Assembly: GCA_030059665.1 (NCBI GenBank)
Contig: JANVYR010000001.1
Coordinates: 32,001-96,000, forward strand
DNA: 64,000 nucleotides
Direction: 5' to 3'
Origin: Candidatus Calditenuis fumarioli
Lineage (GTDB): Archaea; Thermoproteota; Nitrososphaeria_A; Caldarchaeales; Calditenuaceae
Every line of letters starts with the position of its first letter. Within the stretch, counting starts at the first letter, position 1. Position numbers and translations under genes: made by a program. The notes under the pieces were generated by a model that was not told the DNA's origin, did no database searches, and was given only the letters and a program-made list of their open reading frames with translations. This document shows positions 36,471-46,519 of the stretch, piece by piece.

Positions 36471-36549
36471 GCCCGCTGTGGATGAAGATGCAATTCAAAA
36501 CCGTCTCCAGGAAACGCAAATATACCCTTCACACAGCAGGTGACTCGCG

Positions 36550-37962
36550 ATGCCGAACAACAACGTGAACAAGGTCGTTCTCGATGAGGACGGCATACCG
36601 AAGGAGTGGTACAACATCCTGCCCGACCTTCCGGTACCTCTGCCGCCGCCTATCAACCCGGCTACGCGGGAACCGGTCAAGCCGCAGGACCTCGAGAGGG
36701 TCTTCGCGAAGGAGCTGATCAGGCAGGAGGTTAGCCAGGAGAGGTGGATACCGATACCGGAGGAGGTGAGGGAGGTCTACAGGATCTGGAGGCCGACGCC
36801 CCTCTACAGGGCGAGGAGGCTCGAGCAGTACCTGAAGACGCCCGCCAGGATCTACTACAAGTTCGAGGGCGTAAGTCCACCGGGCTCCCACAAGCCGAAC
36901 ACCGCCGTGGCGCAGGCGTACTACAACATGAAGGAGGGGATCGAGAGGCTCACGACCGAGACCGGTGCGGGACAGTGGGGCTCGTCGCTTGCGTTCGCCA
37001 CGATGCTCTTCGGCCTCAAGTGCACCGTCTACATGGTCAGGGCCTCCTACAACCAGAAGCCGTACAGGGCCATCCTGATGAGGAGCTGGGGAGCCGAGAT
37101 CTACCCGAGCCCGAGCGACAAGACCAACTTCGGCCGCTCGCTTTACCAGAAGGACCCGAACCACCCGGGAAGCCTGGGGATCGCCATCAGCGAGGCCCTC
37201 GAGGACGCCGTCACCCACGACAACACCAGGTACTCCCTGGGTTCGGTGCTGAACCACGTCCTAATGCACCAAACGGTTCAGGGGCTCGAGGCGAAGAGGC
37301 AGCTGGAGATGCTCGACGAGTACCCTGACATAGTGGCCGGATGCGTCGGAGGAGGGAGCTCCTTCTCAGGGCTTTTCTGGCCGTTCTACTACGACGTTTA
37401 CGTCTCGAAGAAGGCCCCGAAGAAGACCAAGTTCGTCGCCACAGAGCCCACGGCGTGCCCCACGATGACGAAGGGGATCTACACCTACGACTTCGGTGAC
37501 ACCGCGAAGATGACGCCTCTGCTGCCGATGTACACGCTCGGATCGGACTTCATCCCGGCACCGATCCACGCCGGCGGCCTCAGGTACCACGGCGACGCGC
37601 CGACGCTCTGCCTCCTCCTGAAGAAGGGGTACATCGAGCCCCACGCTTACAACCAGGTCGAGGTCTTCCAGGCGGCAACGATCTTCGCGAGGACCGAGGG
37701 GATAATTCCGGCGCCGGAGCCCTCCCACACCATCAAGTACGTCATAGACGAGGCCCGCAGGTGCAAGCAGACAGGAGAGGAGAAGGTGATCCTCTTCAAC
37801 CTCTGCGGCCACGGCTACTTCGACCTGCAGGCGTACCTCGACTTCTTCGAGGGGAAGCTCCAGCCCTTCGACTACCCGGAGGAGGCCATCAGGAGGTCCA
37901 TAGAGCGCCTGAAGAGCGAGTTGCCCTGGATCGACCAGCTGCCCTACCTCAAGAACCTCTGA
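36550..37962 (+). CDS. trpB2: Tryptophan synthase beta chain 2 (TrpB2)
   Basis: [47 protein letters not shown]. Confidence 0.94.
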   Translation: MPNNNVNKVVLDEDGIPKEWYNILPDLPVPLPPPINPATREPVKPQDLERVFAKELIRQEVSQERWIPIPEEVREVYRIWRPTPLYRARRLEQYLKTPARIYYKFEGVSPPGSHKPNTAVAQAYYNMKEGIERLTTETGAGQWGSSLAFATMLFGLKCTVYMVRASYNQKPYRAILMRSWGAEIYPSPSDKTNFGRSLYQKDPNHPGSLGIAISEALEDAVTHDNTRYSLGSVLNHVLMHQTVQGLEAKRQLEMLDEYPDIVAGCVGGGSSFSGLFWPFYYDVYVSKKAPKKTKFVATEPTACPTMTKGIYTYDFGDTAKMTPLLPMYTLGSDFIPAPIHAGGLRYHGDAPTLCLLLKKGYIEPHAYNQVEVFQAATIFARTEGIIPAPEPSHTIKYVIDEARRCKQTGEEKVILFNLCGHGYFDLQAYLDFFEGKLQPFDYPEEAIRRSIERLKSELPWIDQLPYLKNL

Positions 37963-37980
37963 CCGCGACCTGTTCGGCAG

Positions 37981-37988
37981 CTTTTTTC
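37981..37988 (+). terminator. Oligo-T terminator candidate after trpB2
   Basis: CTTTTTTC about 20 nt after the stop, between convergent genes. Confidence 0.35.
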
Positions 37989-38004
37989 AGCGCGCATTTC
38001 CCCA

Positions 38005-39297
38005 TCAGAAGACGAAGGACTCGGGCTCAGCCCTTCTCCCCCTTATCCCCAGCCAGGAGACAGGGACCCTCTCGCCGGTGTAAAGGACGAACTCCTCCTC
38101 GCCCAGCAGGAGGGAGGTGACGGCCCTTCCTATGGCGTCGCACTTCATCACCCCGGAACCGCTGCCCCCGGTCGCTACCACCATGTTCATCGACCTGAAG
38201 ACGATGGGGTTCTCGTCGATCGTGTTGATCGAGTAGCAACCGGCCCACATGCTGGTGGGTCTGACGTCCTTGAGGACCGGGAAGATCTTGCTGACCATCG
38301 GGTAGATGTTGTCGTAGTAGAAGCTCTCCTCCGGCGTGAAGTCGATCCCCCATGGCCTCCCCACGTCGTCGCTGTACCCGAGCCAGAGGGCCCTCTCCCT
38401 GACGCGGGGTGCGACGTATGGGCCTCTGGGGACGAACGTCATCGGCATCGAGCGGTGGCCGTTGAAGCCATCGACGTCGAAGAACTTCGCCAGCTCTCCG
38501 CGCGCCTCGACCGAGAAGACCTGCCTCTTCTTCGGCTTGACGTGCGAGTCTATCCCGAGGGGGTCCAGCAGCTGGTTGACCCATGCGCCCGCTGCGACCA
38601 CGACGTTCTCCGCGGAGACGTCTCCGTTGTCCGTCTCGATCGCTCCGACCCTCTTCGCCTGCCAGGCCAGAGGCTCCCGCGGGTGACCGATGCTGATCAC
38701 CGGGCTCAGCCTCAGGCGCTTGACGGTGGTCCCGAACCGGAACTCGACGCCTTTGTCCAGCAGGTCCCTGTAGTAGTGTGCCACGAGCTTCTCGACGTCG
38801 AGGTAGCCGGAGCTCGGTGAGAAGACGGCGGCCTCCACGTCCCTCATCCCCAGAAGCTGCGCCTCCTCGTCGTCCCCGAAACGCAATTTCATCCAGGGAA
38901 CCATGGATCCGAGCTCGTCTGCACCCATCACCCGGGCGTTCCCCTTCCTGACGAACTCCTCGATCGCTGCGGAGTTACTCTCAAGCGCCTCCGAGTCGAG
39001 CAGTATCAGGTACCCTATGGGATGCATGCCAAGGTCGACGCCGGACCTCTGAAGGTCCTCGAAGAAGGCCACGGTGGACTCGGAGAGGAGACGGTTGAGG
39101 TTGGAGGTGAATATCCCCTTCCGGTAGCCGCCGACGCTCCTGCCGGTGTTCCCCTGACCTGGGCCGCTGAGGGCATCGAGGACCACCACCTTCCCGCCAG
39201 CCCTCCTGACGTAGTGGTACGCCGAGGCGAGCCCGAAGATCCCAGCTCCTATCACTGCGAGGTCGTATCTCTCCAACCCGGTTAAGGGAAACCTCAC
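38005..39297 (-). CDS. FAD-dependent oxidoreductase (DAO/sarcosine oxidase/proline dehydrogenase family)
   Basis: VIGAGIFG, GNTGRS.G, VVAAGAW, WAGCY..T.D.NP, GSG.MK; true start may be TTG 39276. Confidence 0.85.
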   Translation of the reverse strand: MRFPLTGLERYDLAVIGAGIFGLASAYHYVRRAGGKVVVLDALSGPGQGNTGRSVGGYRKGIFTSNLNRLLSESTVAFFEDLQRSGVDLGMHPIGYLILLDSEALESNSAAIEEFVRKGNARVMGADELGSMVPWMKLRFGDDEEAQLLGMRDVEAAVFSPSSGYLDVEKLVAHYYRDLLDKGVEFRFGTTVKRLRLSPVISIGHPREPLAWQAKRVGAIETDNGDVSAENVVVAAGAWVNQLLDPLGIDSHVKPKKRQVFSVEARGELAKFFDVDGFNGHRSMPMTFVPRGPYVAPRVRERALWLGYSDDVGRPWGIDFTPEESFYYDNIYPMVSKIFPVLKDVRPTSMWAGCYSINTIDENPIVFRSMNMVVATGGSGSGVMKCDAIGRAVTSLLLGEEEFVLYTGERVPVSWLGIRGRRAEPESFVF

Positions 39298-39391
39298 TCG
39301 CTTATAACGGATGATTGAGAGAGCAGCATGGGGCTAAACCCACACGGTCACGCTGTCCCAGAAAATGAGAGGAGTCGAATCGGAAGACCGC

Positions 39392-40414
39392 TCAGAGCTT
39401 CAGCGGAATTCCCAGCGAGGCATCGGTCCTGGAGGCGCTCTCCCGGTACGGAACGTCCGTGACGAGGGCCCTCACGGCGTCGACGTTCTCCGGCACGACT
39501 ATCGCCTCCTGGTGGACCCCCATGAAGAACATCACCTCGTTCCCGGAGACGCTGATCGAGTCCCTCCAGACCACGACCTCGTACAGGTCCCCACGCGGCC
39601 TGCCGGCCTCCCGGGCCAACTCGATCAGGCTGGCGGTGGACTTGAAACCGACCTTGGACTCCAGCAGGAGGATCCTCCGGGAGGAAGCGAGGGCCTCGAT
39701 CACCTGGTCCCTGGTGATGCTCTGACCGGAGACCCGGCCGATGAAGGAGTGGATGTGGACCTGCGTGTTGGGGACCTTCATGGCCATCGTGACGATGTCG
39801 AACCCCTTGATCACAGTTCGGACGTCGTCGGCGTGGTGCGATGGCACCTCCACGGGGTCGAGCACTATCGCGTTGATCGGGCCCTTCGAGACCTCCTCCG
39901 GGTCGGCGGCCCTCCTCGCGATCACAACCCGCGCTGATCCGAGACCGATGCCCTTCACCAGCGCGTTGATGACGCGGCAGAGGCCCGTCGTGTTGCACGA
40001 CACGACCCTGACGTACCTCCTGCCCCTCGCCTGGTCGTAGTTGCACTCGGCCACGAAGGAGACCTCGCCGACGTCGGCCTCCTCACCTCCCTGGAAGATC
40101 GCCGGCTTACCGAGCTCCCGGTAGAGGGAGAGGTTCTTCGCTCCGACTCCGTCGGGGGTCGCGTCGATCGTCACGTCCGAAGCCCTGACCGCGTCGGCCG
40201 TCAGTCCGGCGACCTCGATGCCCAACGAGGAGAAGGCCTGGGCCTCCTTCTCTGACGGCACGTAGATCCTGTAACCCTTAACCGCGGCCAGCCTAGCCTT
40301 GTAGTCGGCCTTCGTCTTCCCTATACCGATGAGCTCCATGTCCGTCTGCCGCGCGATCGCATCGGCCACCCTCCTCCCGATGACGCCGTACCCGTTTACG
40401 AACACCCTCCTCAT
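39392..40414 (-). CDS. gap: Glyceraldehyde-3-phosphate dehydrogenase, archaeal type II
   Basis: NGYGVIGRRVADA, DATP.G.G, FQGGE, VVSCNTTGL, RRAADP, SHH..D, HQE.IVVPENVDA. Confidence 0.95.
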   Translation of the reverse strand: MRRVFVNGYGVIGRRVADAIARQTDMELIGIGKTKADYKARLAAVKGYRIYVPSEKEAQAFSSLGIEVAGLTADAVRASDVTIDATPDGVGAKNLSLYRELGKPAIFQGGEEADVGEVSFVAECNYDQARGRRYVRVVSCNTTGLCRVINALVKGIGLGSARVVIARRAADPEEVSKGPINAIVLDPVEVPSHHADDVRTVIKGFDIVTMAMKVPNTQVHIHSFIGRVSGQSITRDQVIEALASSRRILLLESKVGFKSTASLIELAREAGRPRGDLYEVVVWRDSISVSGNEVMFFMGVHQEAIVVPENVDAVRALVTDVPYRESASRTDASLGIPLKL

Positions 40415-41679
40415 GCTCCTCCCCTCCCCTTGGCGACATTTGACCATGTCTCATACGAAACGGCCAGCGCCTCGAACATCGGCATCTTCTTCCCGGCCAG
40501 GTACATGACCAGCGCACCACCTGCGGTGCTGACGTAGTCGATCCAGTCCTTGACCCCGAGCTTCTGGAGGGCAGCGTTCAGATGGCCTCCGCTGACGATC
40601 GTGATGCCGAGCGAGCTCGCGGTCGCCTGCAGTATCTCGTAGGTCCCGTAGGAGAAGCGGTCGTCCTCGAAGACTCCTGGTGGGCCGCTGACGAAGACGG
40701 TGCCGGCGCTCTTGATCAGCCTGACGTACCTCCTGACGGTCGCTGAACCTATGTCCCTCACCTGGGTCGGGTCCTCGATGGAGCTCACCGGCAGCTCGAC
40801 GCGCTCGCCGTTCCTCTCGACCGCAAGGTCCTCCGGCAGCTCGAACTTCTCGTCGTACTTCTGGTAGATCGTTCTCGCCTTCTCGACCATCTGCTCCTCG
40901 TTCTGGAGGTTCAGCTTGCCCTTGATCTTGCCGACGGCCTTCAGGAAGACCAGCGCGATCAGCCCGGTCAGCAGGATCTTGTCGGCCTTCCCTCCCTGTA
41001 TCAGGGCCTCCATAGCCTCGAGCCTGTCCCTCACCTTCGCACCGCCCAGGACCGTCACGAAGGGAGCCTTCATCACCGACTGGATCTTGCGGAGCGACTT
41101 CAGCTCCTTCATCACCAGCCTGCCTGCCATGGTCGGCTTCACCTTCGCGAACCCCACGATGGAGGGATGGGCCCTGTGGGCGGTGGGGAATGCGTCGAGG
41201 ACGCAGAAGTCGATCACGGACGAGAGCCTCCGGACGAAGTGGGTCCTCATAGCCTCATCGATGGTGAACTCGAAGTTCTCCTCGGCCGCGAACCTTAGGT
41301 TGTCGAGGACGAGGACCTCGCCGTCGCTGAGCGACCTGATCTCCTGAAGCGCAGCCCTCCCCATCACGTCGTCCACAAATTTCACCGGCCTCCCCAGGTA
41401 CTCCTCGAGGATCCTGGCGTGCTGCTCGAGGGAGACGTAGTCGTGACCTCCGACCCTGCCCTGATGGGAGGCGACGACGACCTTCGACCTGGCCAGGTCC
41501 CTCAGCGTGACAGCCGCCTCGGCTATCCGCGAGTTGTCCATGATCTTCCCGGTCCTGGGATCTATAGAGCTGTTCATGTCGGCCCTCACGAAGACCGTCT
41601 TCCCCTCGAGGTCGAAATCGTCCAATGTGAGAACGTTCGCGTTCGCTGAGGACAACACAGGCACCCCTTGCAGTTTCAA
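40411..41679 (-). CDS. pgk: Phosphoglycerate kinase
   Basis: VRAD.NS, SHQGR, LDNLRF, DAF..AHRAH.S, GGAKV.D, SGGH, STAGGA; exact start uncertain. Confidence 0.95.
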   Translation of the reverse strand: MKLQGVPVLSSANANVLTLDDFDLEGKTVFVRADMNSSIDPRTGKIMDNSRIAEAAVTLRDLARSKVVVASHQGRVGGHDYVSLEQHARILEEYLGRPVKFVDDVMGRAALQEIRSLSDGEVLVLDNLRFAAEENFEFTIDEAMRTHFVRRLSSVIDFCVLDAFPTAHRAHPSIVGFAKVKPTMAGRLVMKELKSLRKIQSVMKAPFVTVLGGAKVRDRLEAMEALIQGGKADKILLTGLIALVFLKAVGKIKGKLNLQNEEQMVEKARTIYQKYDEKFELPEDLAVERNGERVELPVSSIEDPTQVRDIGSATVRRYVRLIKSAGTVFVSGPPGVFEDDRFSYGTYEILQATASSLGITIVSGGHLNAALQKLGVKDWIDYVSTAGGALVMYLAGKKMPMFEALAVSYETWSNVAKGRGGA

Positions 41680-41706
41680 CTCACTCCATCCAAGTGATAA
41701 GTGTTT

Positions 41707-41768
41707 GTGTCAGTTCGGGCATCACTCTTCATCCCCGAAGGTCAGAAATACCCGCTCACTTCATCCAC
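41707..41768 (-). ncRNA. Box C/D guide sRNA candidate
   Basis: Minus strand: GTG-GATGA-AGTGAGCGGGTATTT-CTGA-CC(TTCG)GG-GATGA-AGAGTGATGCCCGAA-CTGA-CAC; two 15-nt guides, C/D'/C'/D boxes, UUCG loop, intergenic. Confidence 0.75.
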
Positions 41769-41819
41769 GTGATCTACTGTGAAGCCGTCTAATGAACGTT
41801 CCACGGAACGGTTCTCCGG

Positions 41820-44504
41820 TTACGGAGACCTGAGGCGTTTGAGCAGCTCGATGCTGGCGAAGGTGACCACTCCTCCGAGAACGCACCACAGCACGTCTTC
41901 CGGTGTCGGCACAGTGAGGTGGAGCAGCTCCCTCGTAACCGGAACCGATACGAGGACCGTGATCAGGATAAGCTCCCAGATCACCGAGAGCACCAACCAC
42001 CTGTGCGGCCTCACCCTGAAGACCGTATGCCTCAGTGACCTGCAGTTGAGGGCGACGACTAGCTCGATCGCGATGAATAGCAGGAATAGCCTGGTCCTGG
42101 CCGCATCGATGCCGTTCGGGAGGGCGAAGTAGAACGCGGCTATCAGCAGGGGCGACTCGACCACGACCGCCCTCACCAGGAAGCCGACGACCTCGGAGCT
42201 CAGCACTCCTTCCCCCCTCCTCGGTGGAGGTCTCCTCATCAGGTCCGGATCCGGTGGGCTGACGCCCAGCGCGAGGGCCGGCAATCCGTCCGTGGCCAGA
42301 TTGATGTACAGGACGTGGACCGGCAGAAGGGCCAGCGACTCCTCTCCCGAGTATCCGAGGGCCCTCAATATCACGAGAGTCGTGACGGAGAGGACGACGA
42401 TCTCGACGAGGTTCGCCTGGAGCAGGTACGCCAGGTACTTCTTGATGTTGTCGAAGATCCACCTCCCCAGCTCGATCGCCTTCACCAACGTCGACAGGCT
42501 GTCGTCCGTGAGTATGATGTCGGAGGCCTCCTTCGCCACCTCGGTCCCCCTCATCCCCATTGCAACACCTATGTCGGCCCTCTTCAGGGCTGGAGCGTCG
42601 TTGACCCCGTCACCGGTCATCGCAACGATGTAGTCCTTACGCTTCCAGGCCTCGACGATCTTCAGCTTCTGGGACGGCGTGGTCCTGGCGTAGACCCTGA
42701 CGCGCTCCACGACCTCTGCCAGCTCTTCGGCCGACATCCGCTCGAGCTCCTTCCCCGTCAGGACGAGGTCCACGTCGATCCCGCACTCCCGTGCGATCGA
42801 GACGGCTGTGAGCCTGTGGTCACCGGTTATCATGACAGGTATGACGCCTGCCGATTTGGCGGAGGATATGGCCTCAATCGCCCCTGGCCTCGGCGGATCG
42901 ATCATGCCCACGAGCCCCAGCAGGACCAGCGAGGACTCGGGGTCGTCGTCGGGCCCCGCCATCTCCTTGTAAGCCACCGCCAGCACCCTCATCCCCTCGG
43001 AGGCCAGCTGCTCGCTCACCTGAAGGACCCTCATCCTCTCGGCCTCGTCGAGCGGCCTCACCACACCGTCGCGCATGACCCGATCGCACCTAGAGAGAAC
43101 GACCTCGACCGCGCCCTTCACGTGAGAGACCAGCTTTCCATCGACCAGGTTGACCGTGCTCATCATCATCCTGTCGCTGGTGAAGGGCCTCTCCGAGACG
43201 CGCGGCGCAGCAGACCTGACCTCCTCGGGATCGATCCCTGTTCTCTTCGCGAGGACGAGGAGTGCCACCTCCGTCGGGTCTCCCGAGTGCTGGTGTTTGC
43301 CGTCAGGGGAGTGAAGCCTCGCGTCGTTGCAGAGGACGACCGCCCTGAGCAGGCTCCTGAGCGTGGGAGATTCCGGGGTGTAGGCCGAGCCGTCCTCTGA
43401 GACCAGACCACGATCGGAGTCCCTCAGCAGCCTGTCGTCGACGTAGACCGCCCTCACCACCTGCTCACCCTTGGTCAGGGTGCCCGTCTTGTCGAAGCAC
43501 ATCACCTGCGTTGATCCGAGGCTCTCGACCGCCGAAAGCCTCCTGACCAGCGCTCCGTGCTTGGCGAGCGTCCAGGCACCGATGGCGAGGGACGCGGTCA
43601 CGATCGCCGGCAGCGCCTCCGGAACTGCGGCCACCGCGAGGGCGACACTGAACAGGAAGACCTCCAGCAGGAAGCCGAGGCTCGCGTCACCTGCGATAAG
43701 GGATTCGATGAGCTCGACGACGAAGAGGACCGCGATGATCGCGAGCGCCAGAATGCCGAACTTTTTGCCGAGGTCCTCCATGCGTGCCTCGAGCGGCGTC
43801 CTCTCCTCCCGCATCTGACCCGTGAACTCGGCGATCCTCCCCAGCTCCGTCGATTTGCCTGTGGCGGTGACCACCGCCTTCCCCTTTCCGGAGACGACGA
43901 GGGTTCCGGCGTAAACCACGTTCACCCTGTCGGCCATCGGCGTCTCCTCAGGCAGGGGGTCTGTCCTCTTGTCGACGGGGACCGACTCACCGGTCAGGGG
44001 CGACTCGTCCACGCGGAGCCCGACCGACTCTATCACCCGCGCATCGGCAGCCACTATGTCTCCCTCCGACAGCACCAGAACGTCGCCCGGGACCACGTCC
44101 TCAGACGGTATCACCTGGACGGAGCCGTCCCTGAGCACCTTGCACCTGGGAGCCGTCAGCTCCCTCAGCTTCTCCAGCGCGCGCTCCGCCCTGTACTCCT
44201 GCAAAAAGCCCATCACCCCGATGAAGATCAGGATGACGCCGATCACGGCCGCCTCGATCACGTCACCCAGCAGCGCGCTGATCGCGGTCGCAGCCAGCAG
44301 TATCAGCACCAGCACGCTCCTGTACTGGTTCAGGAAGACCATCACGGGGTTCGGCCGCCTGACCTCGACGATCGCGTTGGGTCCGTGGATCCTCCTCCGG
44401 CGCTCGACCTCCTCGACCCTCAGCCCAGTCGCTGGATCGACGCCGAGCGCCCCGACCACCTCCTCGACCGTCATGCTGTGGTAGGCCCGACGGACCTCCG
44501 CCAT
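41820..44504 (-). CDS. P-type cation-transporting ATPase (type IIA, Ca2+-ATPase-like)
   Basis: TGES, AAVPEALP, DKTGTLT, KGA.E, TGD, GDGVNDAPALK.ADIG, NLATDGLP. Confidence 0.95.
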   Translation of the reverse strand: MAEVRRAYHSMTVEEVVGALGVDPATGLRVEEVERRRRIHGPNAIVEVRRPNPVMVFLNQYRSVLVLILLAATAISALLGDVIEAAVIGVILIFIGVMGFLQEYRAERALEKLRELTAPRCKVLRDGSVQVIPSEDVVPGDVLVLSEGDIVAADARVIESVGLRVDESPLTGESVPVDKRTDPLPEETPMADRVNVVYAGTLVVSGKGKAVVTATGKSTELGRIAEFTGQMREERTPLEARMEDLGKKFGILALAIIAVLFVVELIESLIAGDASLGFLLEVFLFSVALAVAAVPEALPAIVTASLAIGAWTLAKHGALVRRLSAVESLGSTQVMCFDKTGTLTKGEQVVRAVYVDDRLLRDSDRGLVSEDGSAYTPESPTLRSLLRAVVLCNDARLHSPDGKHQHSGDPTEVALLVLAKRTGIDPEEVRSAAPRVSERPFTSDRMMMSTVNLVDGKLVSHVKGAVEVVLSRCDRVMRDGVVRPLDEAERMRVLQVSEQLASEGMRVLAVAYKEMAGPDDDPESSLVLLGLVGMIDPPRPGAIEAISSAKSAGVIPVMITGDHRLTAVSIARECGIDVDLVLTGKELERMSAEELAEVVERVRVYARTTPSQKLKIVEAWKRKDYIVAMTGDGVNDAPALKRADIGVAMGMRGTEVAKEASDIILTDDSLSTLVKAIELGRWIFDNIKKYLAYLLQANLVEIVVLSVTTLVILRALGYSGEESLALLPVHVLYINLATDGLPALALGVSPPDPDLMRRPPPRRGEGVLSSEVVGFLVRAVVVESPLLIAAFYFALPNGIDAARTRLFLLFIAIELVVALNCRSLRHTVFRVRPHRWLVLSVIWELILITVLVSVPVTRELLHLTVPTPEDVLWCVLGGVVTFASIELLKRLRSP

Positions 44505-44589
44505 CTCCTCCCCGACCCGGTCCGACGCCCCTCTCAAAACGTTACCCCAAATCTTCGCTGATGGACCTTTCCGCCGTCGCCTCGCTGCG

Positions 44590-44601
44590 TTAAACTTTAA
44601 G
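44590..44601 (+). promoter_or_regulatory. TATA-like promoter of tRNA-Gly-like gene
   Basis: TTAAACTTTAAG about 25 nt upstream of the tRNA 5' end. Confidence 0.45.
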
Positions 44602-44625
44602 GCTCGAGGAAGGAGCTCCGATCCG

Positions 44626-44699
44626 GCGGCCGTCGTCTAGCCTGGTAGGACGGCGGGGCCCCGGCCCGCAGATCCCGGGTTCAAATCCCGGCGGCCGCA
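44626..44699 (+). tRNA. tRNA-Gly(CCC)-like gene with non-canonical anticodon loop
   Basis: Acceptor GCGGCCG/CGGCCGC + A73; D-stem GTCT/GGAC; anticodon stem GCGGG/CCCGC; loop GCCCCGG; T-arm CCGGG-TTCAAAT-CCCGG. Confidence 0.85.
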
Positions 44700-44769
44700 T
44701 ATGCTTCTAGAAACGACATCCGTGAAGGTTCTAGAGGCGAGCTGAGCGCCGTTGCTCGGTCGTTAAAGA

Positions 44770-46140
44770 ATGCTTAAAGATGAGCAAACAAGGAGTGCGA
44801 AATGGATGTCGGAACGAGAAGTAGACCGAAGGCGACACGAATTAAAAGCAAAGAAAGCAAGGGAATTAAAACCAGATAAACTAACGTTAGAACCTCGAAG
44901 GATCTACGTAAAGGACTTCGGCCCTATCAGGGAGGCTGATATTGAGTTGGGTAAGTTAACAATACTCATGGGACCGAATAACACAGGCAAGACCTTTACA
45001 GCTGCGCTGATACCTGCTCTAGAAGGTCTGATCATTAGCCTAACAATTATTGCAAGTGTGCCAATTTTCAAGTCTGATGAAAAGGAATATGAAAGATTTC
45101 TCAAAAACAGATTTAATGAGATTGTAATTAACATATATTCGGTTGATGATCCGAGACAGCTTATCAGACGAGGTTCTGATAATACAGTTTTAAGCTATTG
45201 GTTAAGTCCTATTGAAGTTTTGAAAGGAGATCACCAATTAAAAATAGAGTTCGATAGAACAGGTGGGATGACTTTTGATTTAGATGGGCTTAGGGAGTTG
45301 ATCAATAATAAAATAGCCCCCCTGTTATCTCCTGTTGTTTTCATACCTGCCGAGAGGGCAGGAATAATGAGGACCTACAAGCAGCTGCTCAGACTTCACT
45401 TAGAGACGAGCTGGTCTTTTGTTCCTCCATCGCTCAGGCAAAAGGTCGTGGAACTGTTAGGCAGCAAAGTGCGGCTTCCTGGACTCGTGAGGATGCTACT
45501 TGACGAGATACTCAGCATAGAGAGGTTCACCTTAGAGGAACGGCAGAGGTCCGATGTAGGAGGAGCACTAGAAGTGCTGGAGGAAGAAGTTCTGCGAGGA
45601 AGGTTAGAAATGGGGGAAGACCTTTCGGTAAAGTATCACGAGGCGGCAGCTGAGAACCCAATAGACCTGATTAATGCATCCTCCATGGTATCCGAAGTCT
45701 CAGCAATCTACCTGCTGTCTGGAATGTTGAGACGCGGCGGGTGGCTAATCATCGAGGAACCGGAGGCCCATGTCCATCCACGGGGACAGATGGGACTGGC
45801 CAGGTTCATGGCCAGGCTGGTCCGACTCGGCGTGAACGTCGTTGCCACCACCCACAGCGACCTGATAGCGCTCAAGCTGGCGCAGATGGTCGGCCTCGCC
45901 AAACTAAGCCCAGAGCAGCGGCGCAGTCTCGGGTACCGGGAAGACGAGTACCTCCAGAAGGACGAGCTCGCCCTTTACTTCTTTGAGCCGACGGAGAGCG
46001 GCTCCGTGACAAGGAAGGTGGAGGTCTCGGAGACCGGTGAGGTGGAGGACCTACCAACATATTCTAGAGTTACGGAGGAGATGTACGGTGAAGCCGTCAA
46101 ATTGCTCGAGCTTCATGGGAAAATTCCAAAACTACCTTAA
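44770..46140 (+). CDS. ABC/AAA_15-AAA_21-type ATPase (defence/TA-associated)
   Basis: V.DFGPI..ADI, Walker A GPNNTGKT, FIPAERAG, signature-like ASSMVSE, Walker B IIEEPEAHVHP..Q, TTHS. Confidence 0.85.
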   Translation: MLKDEQTRSAKWMSEREVDRRRHELKAKKARELKPDKLTLEPRRIYVKDFGPIREADIELGKLTILMGPNNTGKTFTAALIPALEGLIISLTIIASVPIFKSDEKEYERFLKNRFNEIVINIYSVDDPRQLIRRGSDNTVLSYWLSPIEVLKGDHQLKIEFDRTGGMTFDLDGLRELINNKIAPLLSPVVFIPAERAGIMRTYKQLLRLHLETSWSFVPPSLRQKVVELLGSKVRLPGLVRMLLDEILSIERFTLEERQRSDVGGALEVLEEEVLRGRLEMGEDLSVKYHEAAAENPIDLINASSMVSEVSAIYLLSGMLRRGGWLIIEEPEAHVHPRGQMGLARFMARLVRLGVNVVATTHSDLIALKLAQMVGLAKLSPEQRRSLGYREDEYLQKDELALYFFEPTESGSVTRKVEVSETGEVEDLPTYSRVTEEMYGEAVKLLELHGKIPKLP

Positions 46141-46519
46141 ACACAGAAGCTCGGACCTGCAGTTTTACGACTTCGAGAACGCAGTGTTAACTGTGAACGG
46201 CGTGGAGAAAGCTAAGGGCGGGTGCGACTATGCCGTATTATCAAACGAAGGGGAGAACTGCAACCTCATACTCGTTGAGTGCAAGCGCGGACGACTTGGG
46301 GTAAGAGATTTCGAGCAAGGGAAAGCGCAGCTAGAGTGTGGGATCCGCTTCATTTTCAACGCGTTCGGCGAACCGCCTGATTTGGCGGTCCTATGCTGCG
46401 AGAAACTCGATCCTATGGTAACCAAGATTCTACAACTACCCAAAAACCAAAGATTGGTCCATAATGTCCCGCTCATCCGCAAAGGGCTAAAAGAATCCGA
46501 TTGTAGATGCTGCCGCTAA
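46115..46519 (+). CDS. Small PD-(D/E)xK-like protein (putative nuclease partner of ATPase)
   Basis: 134 aa from ATG 46115 overlapping the ATPase end; GCDY...ILVECK.G..QL motif; Cys-rich C-terminus. Confidence 0.55.
   Translation: MGKFQNYLKHRSSDLQFYDFENAVLTVNGVEKAKGGCDYAVLSNEGENCNLILVECKRGRLGVRDFEQGKAQLECGIRFIFNAFGEPPDLAVLCCEKLDPMVTKILQLPKNQRLVHNVPLIRKGLKESDCRCCR

Noticed and set aside
36477-36535. TGTGGATGAAG...CTTCACACA inverted repeat starting like the C/D sRNA
   Set aside because: No CTGA boxes; region is a divergent promoter and the repeat is imperfect
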